Origin: Lepidodermella squamata
Taxonomy: Eukaryota; Animalia; Gastrotricha
Direction of reading: 5' to 3'
Length of the DNA stretch: 64,000 nt
Assembly (NCBI GenBank): GCA_047495785.1
Contig: JBLDXI010000010.1
Span: 1,488,001 to 1,552,000, forward strand
The translations under genes were made by a program, and so were the position numbers. The number at the start of each line of letters is the position of its first letter. Positions within the stretch are counted from its first letter, which is position 1. Under the pieces are notes generated by a model. It saw only the letters and a list, made by a program, of their open reading frames with translations, made no database searches and was not told the DNA's origin. Shown in pieces: positions 53,768 through 64,000 of this stretch.

Positions 53768-53998
53768 TTATTTATCGTTTTTTCCCCAGATTTTCGGCGA
53801 AGGTGCGTAGATGCCAAAGCTGCGATATCCCGAAGTTTTATCGTCGTTATCGAACAAATCATCGTTTTCAGAGGACGATTCAACCAGGCGGGCGGTGGGC
53901 GAATCATCGTTGCCGTACCAATCATCGTCCACTGCTTGAACAAAAGCGCAAGCTACGATGGCCACGAATAAAAAGATAGCAAGCAAAAAACGGTTCAT
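53768..53998 (-). CDS. Small secreted peptide precursor P1 (76 aa)
   Basis: MNRFLLAIFLFVAIVACAFVQA signal, acidic region starting VDDDWY (shared with P2), C-terminal ...SPKIWGKNDK. Confidence 0.75.
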   Translation of the reverse strand: MNRFLLAIFLFVAIVACAFVQAVDDDWYGNDDSPTARLVESSSENDDLFDNDDKTSGYRSFGIYAPSPKIWGKNDK

Positions 53999-54574
53999 AT
54001 TTGCTTTGTATTTGTAGAAAATGCGATGATGACAAAAAGCGCGAAGAATAAAATTCTTAGAATAGAAAAGGAAATGTCTCCGGTCTCCGATCCGCGGCTG
54101 CTTGAGTGTGATGTCGATTTTTCTTCCTGTATTTTTGCTCAACCACTTGTCTCCTCAGCAAATCAGATAGCGAAGTGTTTCCTGAATATCAAGGGAAGGA
54201 ATCACGCTCGGCCAGACAAGTGGTTGTAGGAAGGCTATTTGCGTGCACTCAACCGTGTGAAAATAGCCCTGCTCCATTATCACATTACTAGATCTTCAGA
54301 CTAAGTGCTCCCATTCTCGGACTTGTTCGATCTGTTACCATTATCTTTGAAAACGGTCAATTAAGCGAGCAATCAGGTGATTTTGATCTTAGTCTTCGGA
54401 TGCGCCCCGACATATTACGAATTGAGAAATATATGATTCAGCCAATTAGTCCTTTTATTGATTTGTAACCGATTCGCAACTCGAAACAACGGGAAAACAT
54501 GATCGAGCTACAACATCAAAGACACGATGTAGATAGGGCATTTAGATTCCAAAATTAGGTGATGTGGCACGCCT

Positions 54575-54865
54575 TCAAAACATGTTGCGTGAAAAGAACC
54601 GTGATGCCTTGCGGAATTGCGGCTCGGCATTGAACGTAAAGTCGTCGATGCGATGCGGCCACAGTGACGGCTGGCGACCAACACGCTTGTCATTATTCGA
54701 CCAAACTGATTCGATCTCGTGCGAGTCGCCGCCTATTTTCGACACGTGGTCAGCATTTTGCGCTTCGTCGGCGTAGTCGAATATGTACCAGTCATCGTCT
54801 ACAGCATTGACGATGTGGGCCGCTACAAGAGCTATAAAGACAAAAATAGATAAAACAAGCCTCAT
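54575..54865 (-). CDS. Small secreted peptide precursor P2 (96 aa), paralog of P1
   Basis: Signal peptide, AVDDDWY, KR and RK dibasic sites, AATAAA ~120 nt after the stop. Confidence 0.8.
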   Translation of the reverse strand: MRLVLSIFVFIALVAAHIVNAVDDDWYIFDYADEAQNADHVSKIGGDSHEIESVWSNNDKRVGRQPSLWPHRIDDFTFNAEPQFRKASRFFSRNMF

Positions 54866-55399
54866 CTCGCCAATTTTGATCAGAAAAAGTGAAACAAATG
54901 TAAGAGAAAAGAGAACAGCATATCAGAGGATTAGAAGTCATTAACAGTCGATAAAGCCGCGTGAGAGCGAAGGTCGCTCTAGGCGCTCATTACAGTCTTG
55001 TTTGCATAGCCCTACGGTTTATACCTGAGCTTCAATGCGACGTGACTAGATTTCTCTGATATTCACGATTAAGATATAATTGAACTCCAATCAAGGCTCG
55101 ATTCTTGATGTCGGGGAGGGACATAGGAGTTAAGATAGGAATTGCAGTTGTACAGCAAGAGTGGATCGGAAAAATCCTGATCGAATGGTTTTTGCTTCCC
55201 TTCCCATTGGCTTGCTGCTGAAACCGAGACAATTCTGACAAAGACTCAAAACTTCGGTTGCAGTTCAATGCATGTGTGATTATTTATTAGCATAACCATG
55301 GCTTACAAATTTCACTTGTAAAGCCTCCTTAAAATCATAGGCATATGTTATCTATCTTTCAAATCAAGTTAAATGATAGCGGCTCTGCTATATCTGTGC

Positions 55400-55636
55400 T
55401 CATGTGAAGTATTGCCAAGGGCGGCCTGACCCCATGTAGCGGAATGGCGTGTTACCATTTCCGTTGCTCTTGGCGAAACTGCCGCGGCTGACTATAGCTC
55501 GCTTGCCCTGCAATGGCATCGTCCAGCGTGGCCAAGCTTCACCCTCAAGGTCATCTTCAGCTACAGCCAAGGCCTCTGCAGTGATGAAGAAAACTGCGAG
55601 AAAGGCGGCGAAAATTGAAAACAAAATAGCGTTCAT
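55400..55636 (-). CDS. Small secreted peptide precursor P3 (78 aa) with GKR amidation signal
   Basis: Signal peptide, acidic EDDLEGE, WPRWTMPLQ-G-KR, downstream AATAAA. Confidence 0.8.
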   Translation of the reverse strand: MNAILFSIFAAFLAVFFITAEALAVAEDDLEGEAWPRWTMPLQGKRAIVSRGSFAKSNGNGNTPFRYMGSGRPWQYFT

Positions 55637-55974
55637 CTTTCTCTGGGCAAAGAAAAAACTGTTGATAGTCCCTTAGACATTTTTTTGTAATTCTTTACAG
55701 GTAATCCAAGAACGCTGCGAGACAATGTTGAGCTGTCCTGAGGCTAGAGTTAAAATCAAAATATGCACTACAGTAATCAATCCACGGACCAGACTTGTGC
55801 GTGAACCTTCTCTCGGTAAATCTCCCTAATGAGGCAAACTCTAGAGAATGAGTCATCATCAATTACCGTCAATAAGCTCGATGAAACGTCCGCGGTATTT
55901 CCGAATAGTTTATCCTTTATTACGGACATAAAGCACAGGGGCACATAGATCACGAAAACATGACGTGTCTCTCT

Positions 55975-56229
55975 TCAGCGGAGCAAACTTCGCCACAGCC
56001 CTCTTCGGAACGGCATTGGGTTGTAAATTGCTCCGAAATGGTTAGCCACCTCTTTTGGCTCCTCCAGTTCAGGTTCTTGATTGTCGATATCGGCTTCAGC
56101 GGAATCGTCGTCTGTATCGTAGCGATTTCTGCCCTCAATTCTGTAGTTGATGAGTGCAAATCCAAGTACGCGATATGCACAAATAGACAAAATAATGCCG
56201 AGAGTCAGACAAACTGACAGTTGTGTCAT
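55975..56229 (-). CDS. Small secreted peptide precursor P4 (84 aa)
   Basis: Signal peptide, acidic middle, RR-GLWRSLLR end, AATAAA ~55 nt after the stop. Paralog of P5. Confidence 0.8.
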   Translation of the reverse strand: MTQLSVCLTLGIILSICAYRVLGFALINYRIEGRNRYDTDDDSAEADIDNQEPELEEPKEVANHFGAIYNPMPFRRGLWRSLLR

Positions 56230-56534
56230 TTAGACAAAAAAGAACAGAAATGAAATGAAACTCGGTATTTTTCTAGGCCATATCAGTAATCAGCAGCCGC
56301 GTCGTATTTTCATTATGTTTACTTCTAAGGACTCTCACTGAGAGCTATTTCACATTGTATCTGGATCAATACATACAAACACAAAATAATAAGCTCATTT
56401 TACTTTGTTTGTAGTAGAAGTACTGCATGCGCTAAAAATAAGGAGTGAAAAGTGAAAATATCAACATCCTCCCTCTCTAAGATGCCTTACAAAATGATTG
56501 AATAACTAAATTATACCATTGTTTATTTTGAAGT

Positions 56535-56765
56535 CTATAAAATTCTACGCCACAGTCCTTTTCGCTGGTTAAATGAGCCATGCAAGGTGCTGATGTGGTT
56601 TACAACAGATCCAATAGCTGGCTCCAGGTCAGCCTCAGCTAGGTCACGCTCACTCGACAAGTCCAGCCCATACCGGTTGTGATCGTCAACCCGGTAATTC
56701 ATCAACGCATAGCCGAAGACAACATCCAAAAACACGAAGCTGACCATAATCGTCATGAAATTCAT
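56535..56765 (-). CDS. Small secreted peptide precursor P5 (76 aa)
   Basis: YALMNYRVDDHNRY...AEAD...VVNH...RK-GLWRRIL aligns with P4. AATAAA just after the stop. Confidence 0.8.
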   Translation of the reverse strand: MNFMTIMVSFVFLDVVFGYALMNYRVDDHNRYGLDLSSERDLAEADLEPAIGSVVNHISTLHGSFNQRKGLWRRIL

Positions 56766-56876
56766 TCTCGGAAAAACTTGAAAAAAGCAAAAGTCCCCAG
56801 GGTGTCTAACAGATCACATGTTTATTTTTACATAGCTAGGAGGTATGAGTTTCATGTATAGGAAATAATCTATGAT

Positions 56877-57152
56877 CTAATACATCATTCGCCATATGTG
56901 TCGTTGCTTGTAGCCGCGGGCCTTCTCGTCAAGCCGGCTCATAATGCGGAAGGCCATGCGCGCTAAATCGCGGTCTTCAGACAGGAAAAAGTAGTAGTAG
57001 TAGTACTCCTCATCATTCAGCGTACTGATAGCCGTATCATCTTCATCCGAGTCGAACATGCCGCGATACACGGGCTGCGTGAACAGATTGGCATACGCAT
57101 TGATGAACAGGTTGAAATGTACTAGAAGCAGTAAAATTGTCCCTAAATTCAT
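56877..57152 (-). CDS. Small secreted peptide precursor P6 (~91 aa; alternative ATG 57170)
   Basis: Signal MNLGTILLLLVHFNLFINAYA, acidic DSDEDD/DEEYYYYY, basic end KQRHIWRMMY, AATAAA ~50 nt after the stop. Confidence 0.75.
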   Translation of the reverse strand: MNLGTILLLLVHFNLFINAYANLFTQPVYRGMFDSDEDDTAISTLNDEEYYYYYFFLSEDRDLARMAFRIMSRLDEKARGYKQRHIWRMMY

Positions 57153-57269
57153 CCCGAAAATAATACCCATACAAAAAACACCCGCCACTTTACGCCGCCG
57201 CGGTGCAAACGCATCATAATAGCCAGGAAATTGAGCTGTTGAAATTTTTTTTATTAAAATATAGCTACT

Positions 57270-57569
57270 TCAGAAGGCAAATCTAGCAAGTCTTAGTCGG
57301 CTCTTCAGAGTTGGCTGCCAGTGCCTTGACATTTTCTGCCCATCTGTATCGTAGTACTGCTTATGTGGCACGGCTTGAATGAGTTGAAAGTGATGGCCCT
57401 GCTCGTCGGTGATGACATCCTCCATTTCTTCATCAGCGTATTCATCTTCCGACGAATCTTGATCGCTGAAATCAACACGACTCATCGGCATTAATGGCTT
57501 CACAAAGCCGTGAATCGCCACGACATAGCTGATCAGGATGAGAATAAGTAGTTGTTTTCGGGCAAGCAT
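57270..57569 (-). CDS. Small secreted peptide precursor P7 (99 aa)
   Basis: Signal peptide, very acidic DSSEDEYADEEMED, cationic end KMSRHWQPTLKSRLRLARFAF, AATAAA ~15 nt after the stop. Confidence 0.78.
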   Translation of the reverse strand: MLARKQLLILILISYVVAIHGFVKPLMPMSRVDFSDQDSSEDEYADEEMEDVITDEQGHHFQLIQAVPHKQYYDTDGQKMSRHWQPTLKSRLRLARFAF

Positions 57570-57868
57570 TACAATTTAAATTTTTCTGAGTATACTGAGC
57601 AAAATCATTTGCATCGCGCAATTTTAATCTGGCCACTGGCCGCCGCGAGGGATTGCGTGGTGTTTCAACAGCTTTTTTACGCACGATATCGTCGCACAGG
57701 GACCTATAGAGGAGTGGCACCAATTGATTGAGTGACCTACTCGCGCGGTAATCACATGATTGCGTGGAGTACAATATTATATTATGACGCTAATAATGAA
57801 ACCTGCGAAAATCAAGGGCCCGCTAGAAACTGGAAAATGAAGCTTTATTGATAAAACAGCATCATATT

Positions 57869-58102
57869 TTAATCGTCATTTTTCTCGACTACAGCATTGC
57901 TGTGCTTCATTTTATGAAATTGCTGTCGCCAACCAGACGGCACGAATAATTTTCCGTAATTTTTTGCTGGGTCGCTTTTGTTTCTCGAGCTGCTTTGTGC
58001 AGCAAACCATCGTGCTTTGACAGGGTTCACTAGCTCCTCGTAAGCTGCTGCAAGGCATGAAGACGCCAGAAGAAGCAAAATAACCAAACTTCGATTAAGC
58101 AT
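57869..58102 (-). CDS. Small secreted basic peptide P8 (77 aa)
   Basis: Signal MLNRSLVILLLLASSCLA, SGWRQQF motif, AATAAA ~20 nt after the stop, TATAAA ~200 nt upstream. Confidence 0.72.
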   Translation of the reverse strand: MLNRSLVILLLLASSCLAAAYEELVNPVKARWFAAQSSSRNKSDPAKNYGKLFVPSGWRQQFHKMKHSNAVVEKNDD

Positions 58103-58693
58103 ATTTTTGCGTGATATCTAAAAAATGTGTGAATGAGAGTAACTCAATGGGCGAACGATAAATTGAATCTGGCAAGTGACTTAATGGGATACCAATAATA
58201 GCTGAAGATAATCCTATTTGAGGCCGGGCTTTGATCGAAATCTGATCGAACTTTTCTGTCACGCGATGAAGATCCGCTAATAGACTCATATGCTGATCCG
58301 ACGTTTATAGGGCGCCCACTCCATTAGCGTGGTCAGAAGAATGTCTACTCATCAATTTCACGGTGTCTGCACCCTAAAACGTCGCTGTCATCGAATGAGT
58401 ACTATCAGCATTCTAATATCCTAATTTCTTCTGCATGTTGTAACTTGCTAATAGGGTGAAAAAGCACTGGCCAAGCTGAAAGCCATTGATTTCATTGACC
58501 GCTGTGAAGCAGGAAACAACCATTATTGACCTGATGCCAAAGTGCAATGACGCACATGGCCTCGAATGACCAATGCTTAGCTACAGCCACTACCCACTCA
58601 CAACACACCAAGCAAATAATTTATTTATCAATCGAAAAAATAAATTTAGAATTCACACTCATCTCAGCCGAATGAATCACATATCATCTAATC

Positions 58694-59044
58694 TCACAGC
58701 CATTGCGAGTAGTATTTTGGGAAATTCGCCGCGTCTTTTTCGACCTGTTCGTCTGACCGTAGGTTGTTCATAGGCCTGCGGCCATATGGTCGGTCGTTCT
58801 TCCGATCAGAGTTTCCACGATTGCCGCGATTGTTCATATAGTTACCGAGTAGATACGTCCCAGGTGCAGCTCTTTTGATCATCATTCGCCACGAGCCAAC
58901 GCCGTCTTCATCTTCAGCTTCTTCACTTGAACCACCGTCGTATTTCAGCTTGTAGCTATCTCGAATGCCCAATGTGTTGAAGCAGTGAGTCAAATTCGCA
59001 AATAGGAAGATAGCAGCAAGTATCAAGATACAGAAATTTGCCAT
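58694..59044 (-). CDS. Small secreted peptide precursor P9 (116 aa)
   Basis: Signal peptide, acidic SSEEAEDED, GSWRMMI-KR, RK-NDRPY-G-RR amidation site, TTTTAG acceptor 9 nt upstream of ATG, downstream AATAAA. Confidence 0.8.
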   Translation of the reverse strand: MANFCILILAAIFLFANLTHCFNTLGIRDSYKLKYDGGSSEEAEDEDGVGSWRMMIKRAAPGTYLLGNYMNNRGNRGNSDRKNDRPYGRRPMNNLRSDEQVEKDAANFPKYYSQWL

Positions 59045-59510
59045 ATCGCTCGCCTAAAATTTCACAGAAATCAGGAGAGGTAGGGCTGAGATGTTTGAAA
59101 GTAGAATAAAATGAAGTGCCAATATAAAAGGAATTCAGGTGGGAGTGGCAAAAAGTCGAGGCGGGGTGAAATCGTTAGCTTTTCTAACGCGAAGCTAGAA
59201 GGGAAATGGCTGCTCAGCCTTCACATTGAGGAAATTGCCGATACAAAAGGCACTATGAGTGCTCCGGCGTACCAAGCATTATAATCATGGAATACGGGAA
59301 AAAAACAACACTTTTTCGATTGAATACTTAATTCAGAGTCCGCCTGTTATCGCAACACCCTGGAGGTTAAAAACTGCCCCCAATATTAGATCCAGAATAA
59401 TTTTATTAAATTATCACCCATTCAGACAAAATAATGTCAAACTTCCCTTTTCATTTGATACTCCCGCATAATAGCACGCATTAGTCAAGTAATAATGGGT
59501 AATTAACGCA

Positions 59511-61199
59511 TCAAGACGTATCATGCATATGAATATAGTCGGTAGTCATTTCTTTAGCAGCGAGTGATAAATAATGGTTCCAGTAGTACACATTGAACAA
59601 GAAGAAAATTGCTGGGAAGCCAAATCTTGACACCCATTCGATACGGCTAGGGATAGAATGCGATATCACACAGCTGCATTGAAAATCATTGCCCATGTCG
59701 ATTTCTTCATCAGAGTCCGAGTCAAGAGCGAATACGAATCTTATGCTTCTTCTTCGACCATCATCGTCCGACAATCCGCTATCACTGTCCTTGCCACATT
59801 GCCGCTTTTTCATTCTCATTTTCAACTCTTGGCTCTTTTGCTTTGCCTCTAGTCTGGCTTGACAGGCTTTCAATCTTTTTTCGATATATGTCACTAAGGC
59901 ATATTCGAGGAGCGCGAGGAATACGATGCAGAAAGAGATTAGCATGTAAATATCGAGGGCTTTGAGGTAGGATATGTTAGGGAGGCCTGCTTTGAAGCCA
60001 CTGCTTGTGAATGTCACCATAGTGAGCACTAGAAACCGAAAAATTTATCAAATGGTGGGATTTTCGGAAAATCATACCAGTTGTAACTCCTAGGGTGACT
60101 CTTGCTGGCGGGACATTTCTCGGTACCCAAAAGCTAATCCATGATATGACGACAATCAAAGAAGACGGAATGTAGATTTGAATCATGTAGTAGCCCAAGT
60201 TTCTCTCGAAGAACATGTCAAAGACCAGCCGGGAGTGATTTGAACCATCCTCTCTCACAGCGAAGTCTTCAACAGCCCGATAGCCTAGAATGGAGTAATG
60301 GATCAAGGCACCAGCTGCTTCATCGAAACCAGCCGCATTCGTATCTCGCCATTTGTACACAACATCTTTAGCAGTTTGTCCGAAAGACTCAACTAAGAAA
60401 ATCGTTTAGCCGCATAAAATCGATATTAATTAAATAACTAACTGTTTAGAGAGCACTTTTGATGGTCCAGCTATGAATGTACTGTAAAAATCGCGATAAA
60501 TTTAGAAAAATCTGGCCTTACCGGGAAATATTTGAAGTACATCGGGCAAATTGCTCGGACAGTTAGACGGTACGACTGAGTCACGTGACCATCCGGCATA
60601 ATCCTCAAAAACGCGTTCAAATTCGTTACAGTGTGAAAAATCGACGATTTCTCATTCACAAAGAACGTATCCGGCCTCCAGAGGCTCGTGTAGTAAAACC
60701 CCGATAGCGCAATCGAGTCTTCAATATGGTCGTAGGTATGATGAGCCGAGCTCCACGCCAGCCTGTCATCCTTCCACATTTGCCGGAAGTAGAAATCGAT
60801 GGTAAAATCCATGTTTGACTCTGAAATTCTGCTTATGCTGTTCACAAATATAGTGCAAGTAACTTGGACGGGCTTTTGAGCAACATCTGGCCTGACCCAA
60901 ACGTCATAGCCGCGTCTTCTCAATCGCATGAAAAACTCTGTGGCGTTAAGACTGTGCGGCTTCGCCGTCGAAGGATTCAAAGTCGTTGTTCGCCGCGTGT
61001 TGAATGCCTCGCGGAAATAATGGTCGATATCTGTAATTTCGTTGACGAGACCACTCGACACAACCATGTTGTTCCGTAAATAGCTCTCTGTCTCCTCTTT
61101 GTCAAATTGAGTCGAAGCTTGGGTGTTCATATGCAGCACAAACGGGTCGGATATCGATATCCCAACATTTAAAAGTAGTATAACAAGGGCTACCCACAT
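59511..61199 (-). CDS. GABA-A/RDL-like anion-selective Cys-loop subunit 1 (multi-exon, 28-nt microexon 60470-60443)
   Basis: YFRQMWKDDRL, LWRPDTFFVNEK, CPMYFKYFP/LDHQKC, YYMIQIYIPSSLIVVISWISFW, PARVTLGVTT, ALLEYALV, SRFGFP. Confidence 0.92.
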
Positions 61200-61634
61200 A
61201 GCTATGGGAGAAATATCGGAAGTTTTACAAATGAGGCATTAAGCGAGTCTTTACGAGAGTTTAACACGTTATCGGCGCCGGAAGTGAGAAATTACAGCCA
61301 TTTCCTACGAGATTTGTTTACAATGCCTCACCTACTATCAGTAACATCTCCCATCTTCTGTTAAATAGGGCAATAAATCGTCTATTTATACAACGAACGT
61401 GCTACAGTGCAATACAAATACACTTACTACTGCGATAATATATCGGATTATCCTCGATTTTTTTGGGGCGAGAAACGTCAAAGTCGTGTTTTATTTGGGT
61501 AATACACTCAAGACGTCGATTCCCGCAAGAATTCTCGCATGCAATAGAACAATTACTAGCTGGGATTTTAAGACAGAAAAATCAATAAATAGCCAGTAAA
61601 TATAAAGGCTGTTATTTTTTTTTGAAAAAGTTGT

Positions 61635-63423
61635 TCAGTCGTCCAGATTAAAATCGACAAAGCCTTCGTCGCCCTCGACTTCGTCCAGATGATTGTTTAA
61701 GAAGTGGTCCCAGTATATGTAATTGAAGAGGCCGTAAATAGCCGGGAAGCAGAAGCGCGATACCCACTCGATGCGACTCGGCAGCGAATGCGGAATATCG
61801 CAGCTTATCGTATACTCGTCATCAGATAATGACAGGCGTCTAAATTCTGGCTCTGCCATTCTTTTGCGCAGAGATACACAATCTTTCGACCGCTTCTCTG
61901 CAAAAACAAAAGATTTAAGGAGTTAACCAAAAAATTGAAGAGCTTACCAACATACGAGACTATGGCATATTCCAATAAGGCACAAAATACCATTACAAAG
62001 GATACCAGTAAGAAAATGTCCATAGCTTTCAAATAGGAAATATTAGGCAGGCCTACTTTGAAGCTCATATTTGCGAAGGTAGTCATGGTAAGGACTGTTG
62101 TTACTCCTAGACTAACTCTAGCCGGGGCTGAGTTCCTCGGTATCCAGAAGCTAATCCATGAAATCACGACTATCAAACACGCTGGGATGTAGATTTGGGT
62201 TAGGTAGAAGCCGAGATTTCTAGCGAGGTAGATGTCGAACACCAGGCGGGAGTGGTTGTAGCCATCTTGGCGCAGGGCCCATGTTTCGAGGGTGCGGAAG
62301 CCGTGGATTACGAAGTGGAGTAGAGATCCAGCCTCTGAGCTGAAAGCTGCCGCCTCTGTATTGACACCGGTATCGTCTGGATCACTGCGATACCACTTGT
62401 AGACCATATCGTTGTATGGAAAGGCATACGATTCAACTTAAATGGTAAAATATAAGAAATAGTAATGAAAACAAAGGAAAACACACCATAAAGTGGGCAT
62501 CTTTGATGGTCAAGCTGTTCAAATCCTTCATTAATTATTAAAGGTGGCATTCATTTCAATTTTACCGGGAAATATTTGAAGTTCATGTAGCAAGTTGCGC
62601 GTACGGTCAGTCGAAGTGATTGCGTAACATGGCCATCTGGCATTATTTGAATGTAGGAATTTAAACCGGTCACGTGATGAAATGACGCCATCTTTTCATT
62701 GACAAAATACGTATCAGGACGCCATACAGCTTTATAAAAAAACATTTTCATTGATGAATGAAAGGAAAAAAATTGCCTACCTGAGTAAAATTCTGCTGAC
62801 GATATCATTATTGACTCTTCCGCATCGTCCTCTTCATGAGTTACGCTCCATTTCAGTCGATGATCCGTCCAAGTTTGACGGATGTACAGATCCGCCGTGT
62901 AGTCCATCTCTGCCTCTGAAATTCGACTAATGGCGCTGATAAAAATCGCACAGGTGACCACAACAGGTGTCGAGTAAACGTTAGGCCTCAATCGAGGGTC
63001 GTAGCCAGACCTTCGAAGACGAATGAAGAACGCCGTGATATTCGGGTAGTTTTTCGGTTCTTTAAAACCCGCTGGATGGGCTTCATCTCCGTGTTCACCC
63101 TCGTGAGGATCAGCGACGACTATTATTTCGTTGACTGATTGTGACTTCATCGGATTCCCGGTCGGCCTAACAGGTTTTGTTGGCGCAATTGGTATTTCTG
63201 TTGTTTTTGGAGCAGATGGGGTCAACATTTCTGAAGTGAGGTCTTCAATTTCATACACAACAGCGTCAGTAATTTCATTCAAAACACCGCTTTGAATTGT
63301 GTTCGGACCCTGAGTTGTCGCAGCATCGCCGCCCAAGTTACCTGTCCCTGGAGTAGATGGAGCCAAAATGGGTCTAAAAGTTGATAGATTTGCAAAAAGG
63401 AAATAAAGGCAGGATTGATACAT
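61635..63423 (-). CDS. GABA-A/RDL-like anion-selective Cys-loop subunit 2 (28-nt microexon 62514-62487)
   Basis: YIRQTWTDHRL, VWRPDTYFVNEK, CYMNFKYFP/LDHQRC, PARVSLGVTTVLTMTT, SRFCFP. Long Thr/Pro-rich N-terminus. Confidence 0.92.
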
Positions 63424-64000
63424 GCTTGTAATTAAATGCTGCTTTTTCAGTTCATCTTCGCCATTTTTGCTGGTAGAATTTTCGCAAAATTCAGTGTTAA
63501 CATATTTTTCTCAAAAACGTCTTCTCAAGGGAGATCCAGGGCATCCAATCTTGCAAATATGCGATATTTATCATAGATTTTAGTCTCACTTTTCAATAAT
63601 TCGAGTTATTCTGTATAAATGTTTCGACACCTTTTTATTTTCTCACTGACCAGTTTTGTCTTTAAGGGAATTAGTATATTTATTCCGTGTTAACAAAATT
63701 GCGAGCTTTTTCATTGTATATTTCGAGAATCATCGTGATTACGTAGGTAAGTTGCTTTCAAACTCTGCTATCGTTTGTTAAAACTCTCAACCCCACAGTT
63801 AATTACGCGCCCACAAACCACGCAAGCAGAAAAATGGCTGCGTAAACACACGTAACAATAATGACTCATCACAATATAAAACCAACCATTTTTTACGCTC
63901 ATTCATAAAAAACAGTTTTTTCCAAAAAACTAAGAGTCAACTACTTGATGAAAACTTACTTGTGCTTTGCTTCTCTTGCTACGTTGATCGTAGCCGCAAT

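Noticed and set aside
53999-54142. N-terminal extension of the 124-aa ORF
   Set aside because: Starts at a non-ATG codon. The signal peptide begins at ATG 53998.

Overview
Eukaryotic (animal) genomic DNA from a compact invertebrate genome with ~45-60 nt GT-AG introns; nematode-like, but the taxon cannot be fixed from the sequence. Contents in order: (1) a minus-strand tandem array of four multi-exon type I membrane protein genes (signal peptide, LamG/pentraxin-like plus EGF modules, 2 ShKT, ~5 Sushi/CCP, TM, conserved tail), with an intronless divergent class C GPCR between copies 2 and 3; (2) a multi-exon GABA-B-receptor-like class C GPCR; (3) two tandem RDH11-14-like short-chain dehydrogenases; (4) several non-autonomous elements: hAT-like MITEs, a CACTA/CMC-like MITE, and a long palindrome carrying two minimal hammerhead-ribozyme-like motifs; (5) the most striking block, 49.7-63.4 kb: three tightly packed, highly divergent cation-type Cys-loop subunits (C-x14-C loop), nine co-oriented small secreted peptide-precursor genes (signal peptide, mostly acidic spacer, basic Trp-containing ends), then two divergent RDL/GABA-A-like anion-channel subunits. 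The peptide cluster looks like an unannotated secreted-peptide family. A functional link to the flanking orphan channels is a hypothesis only.
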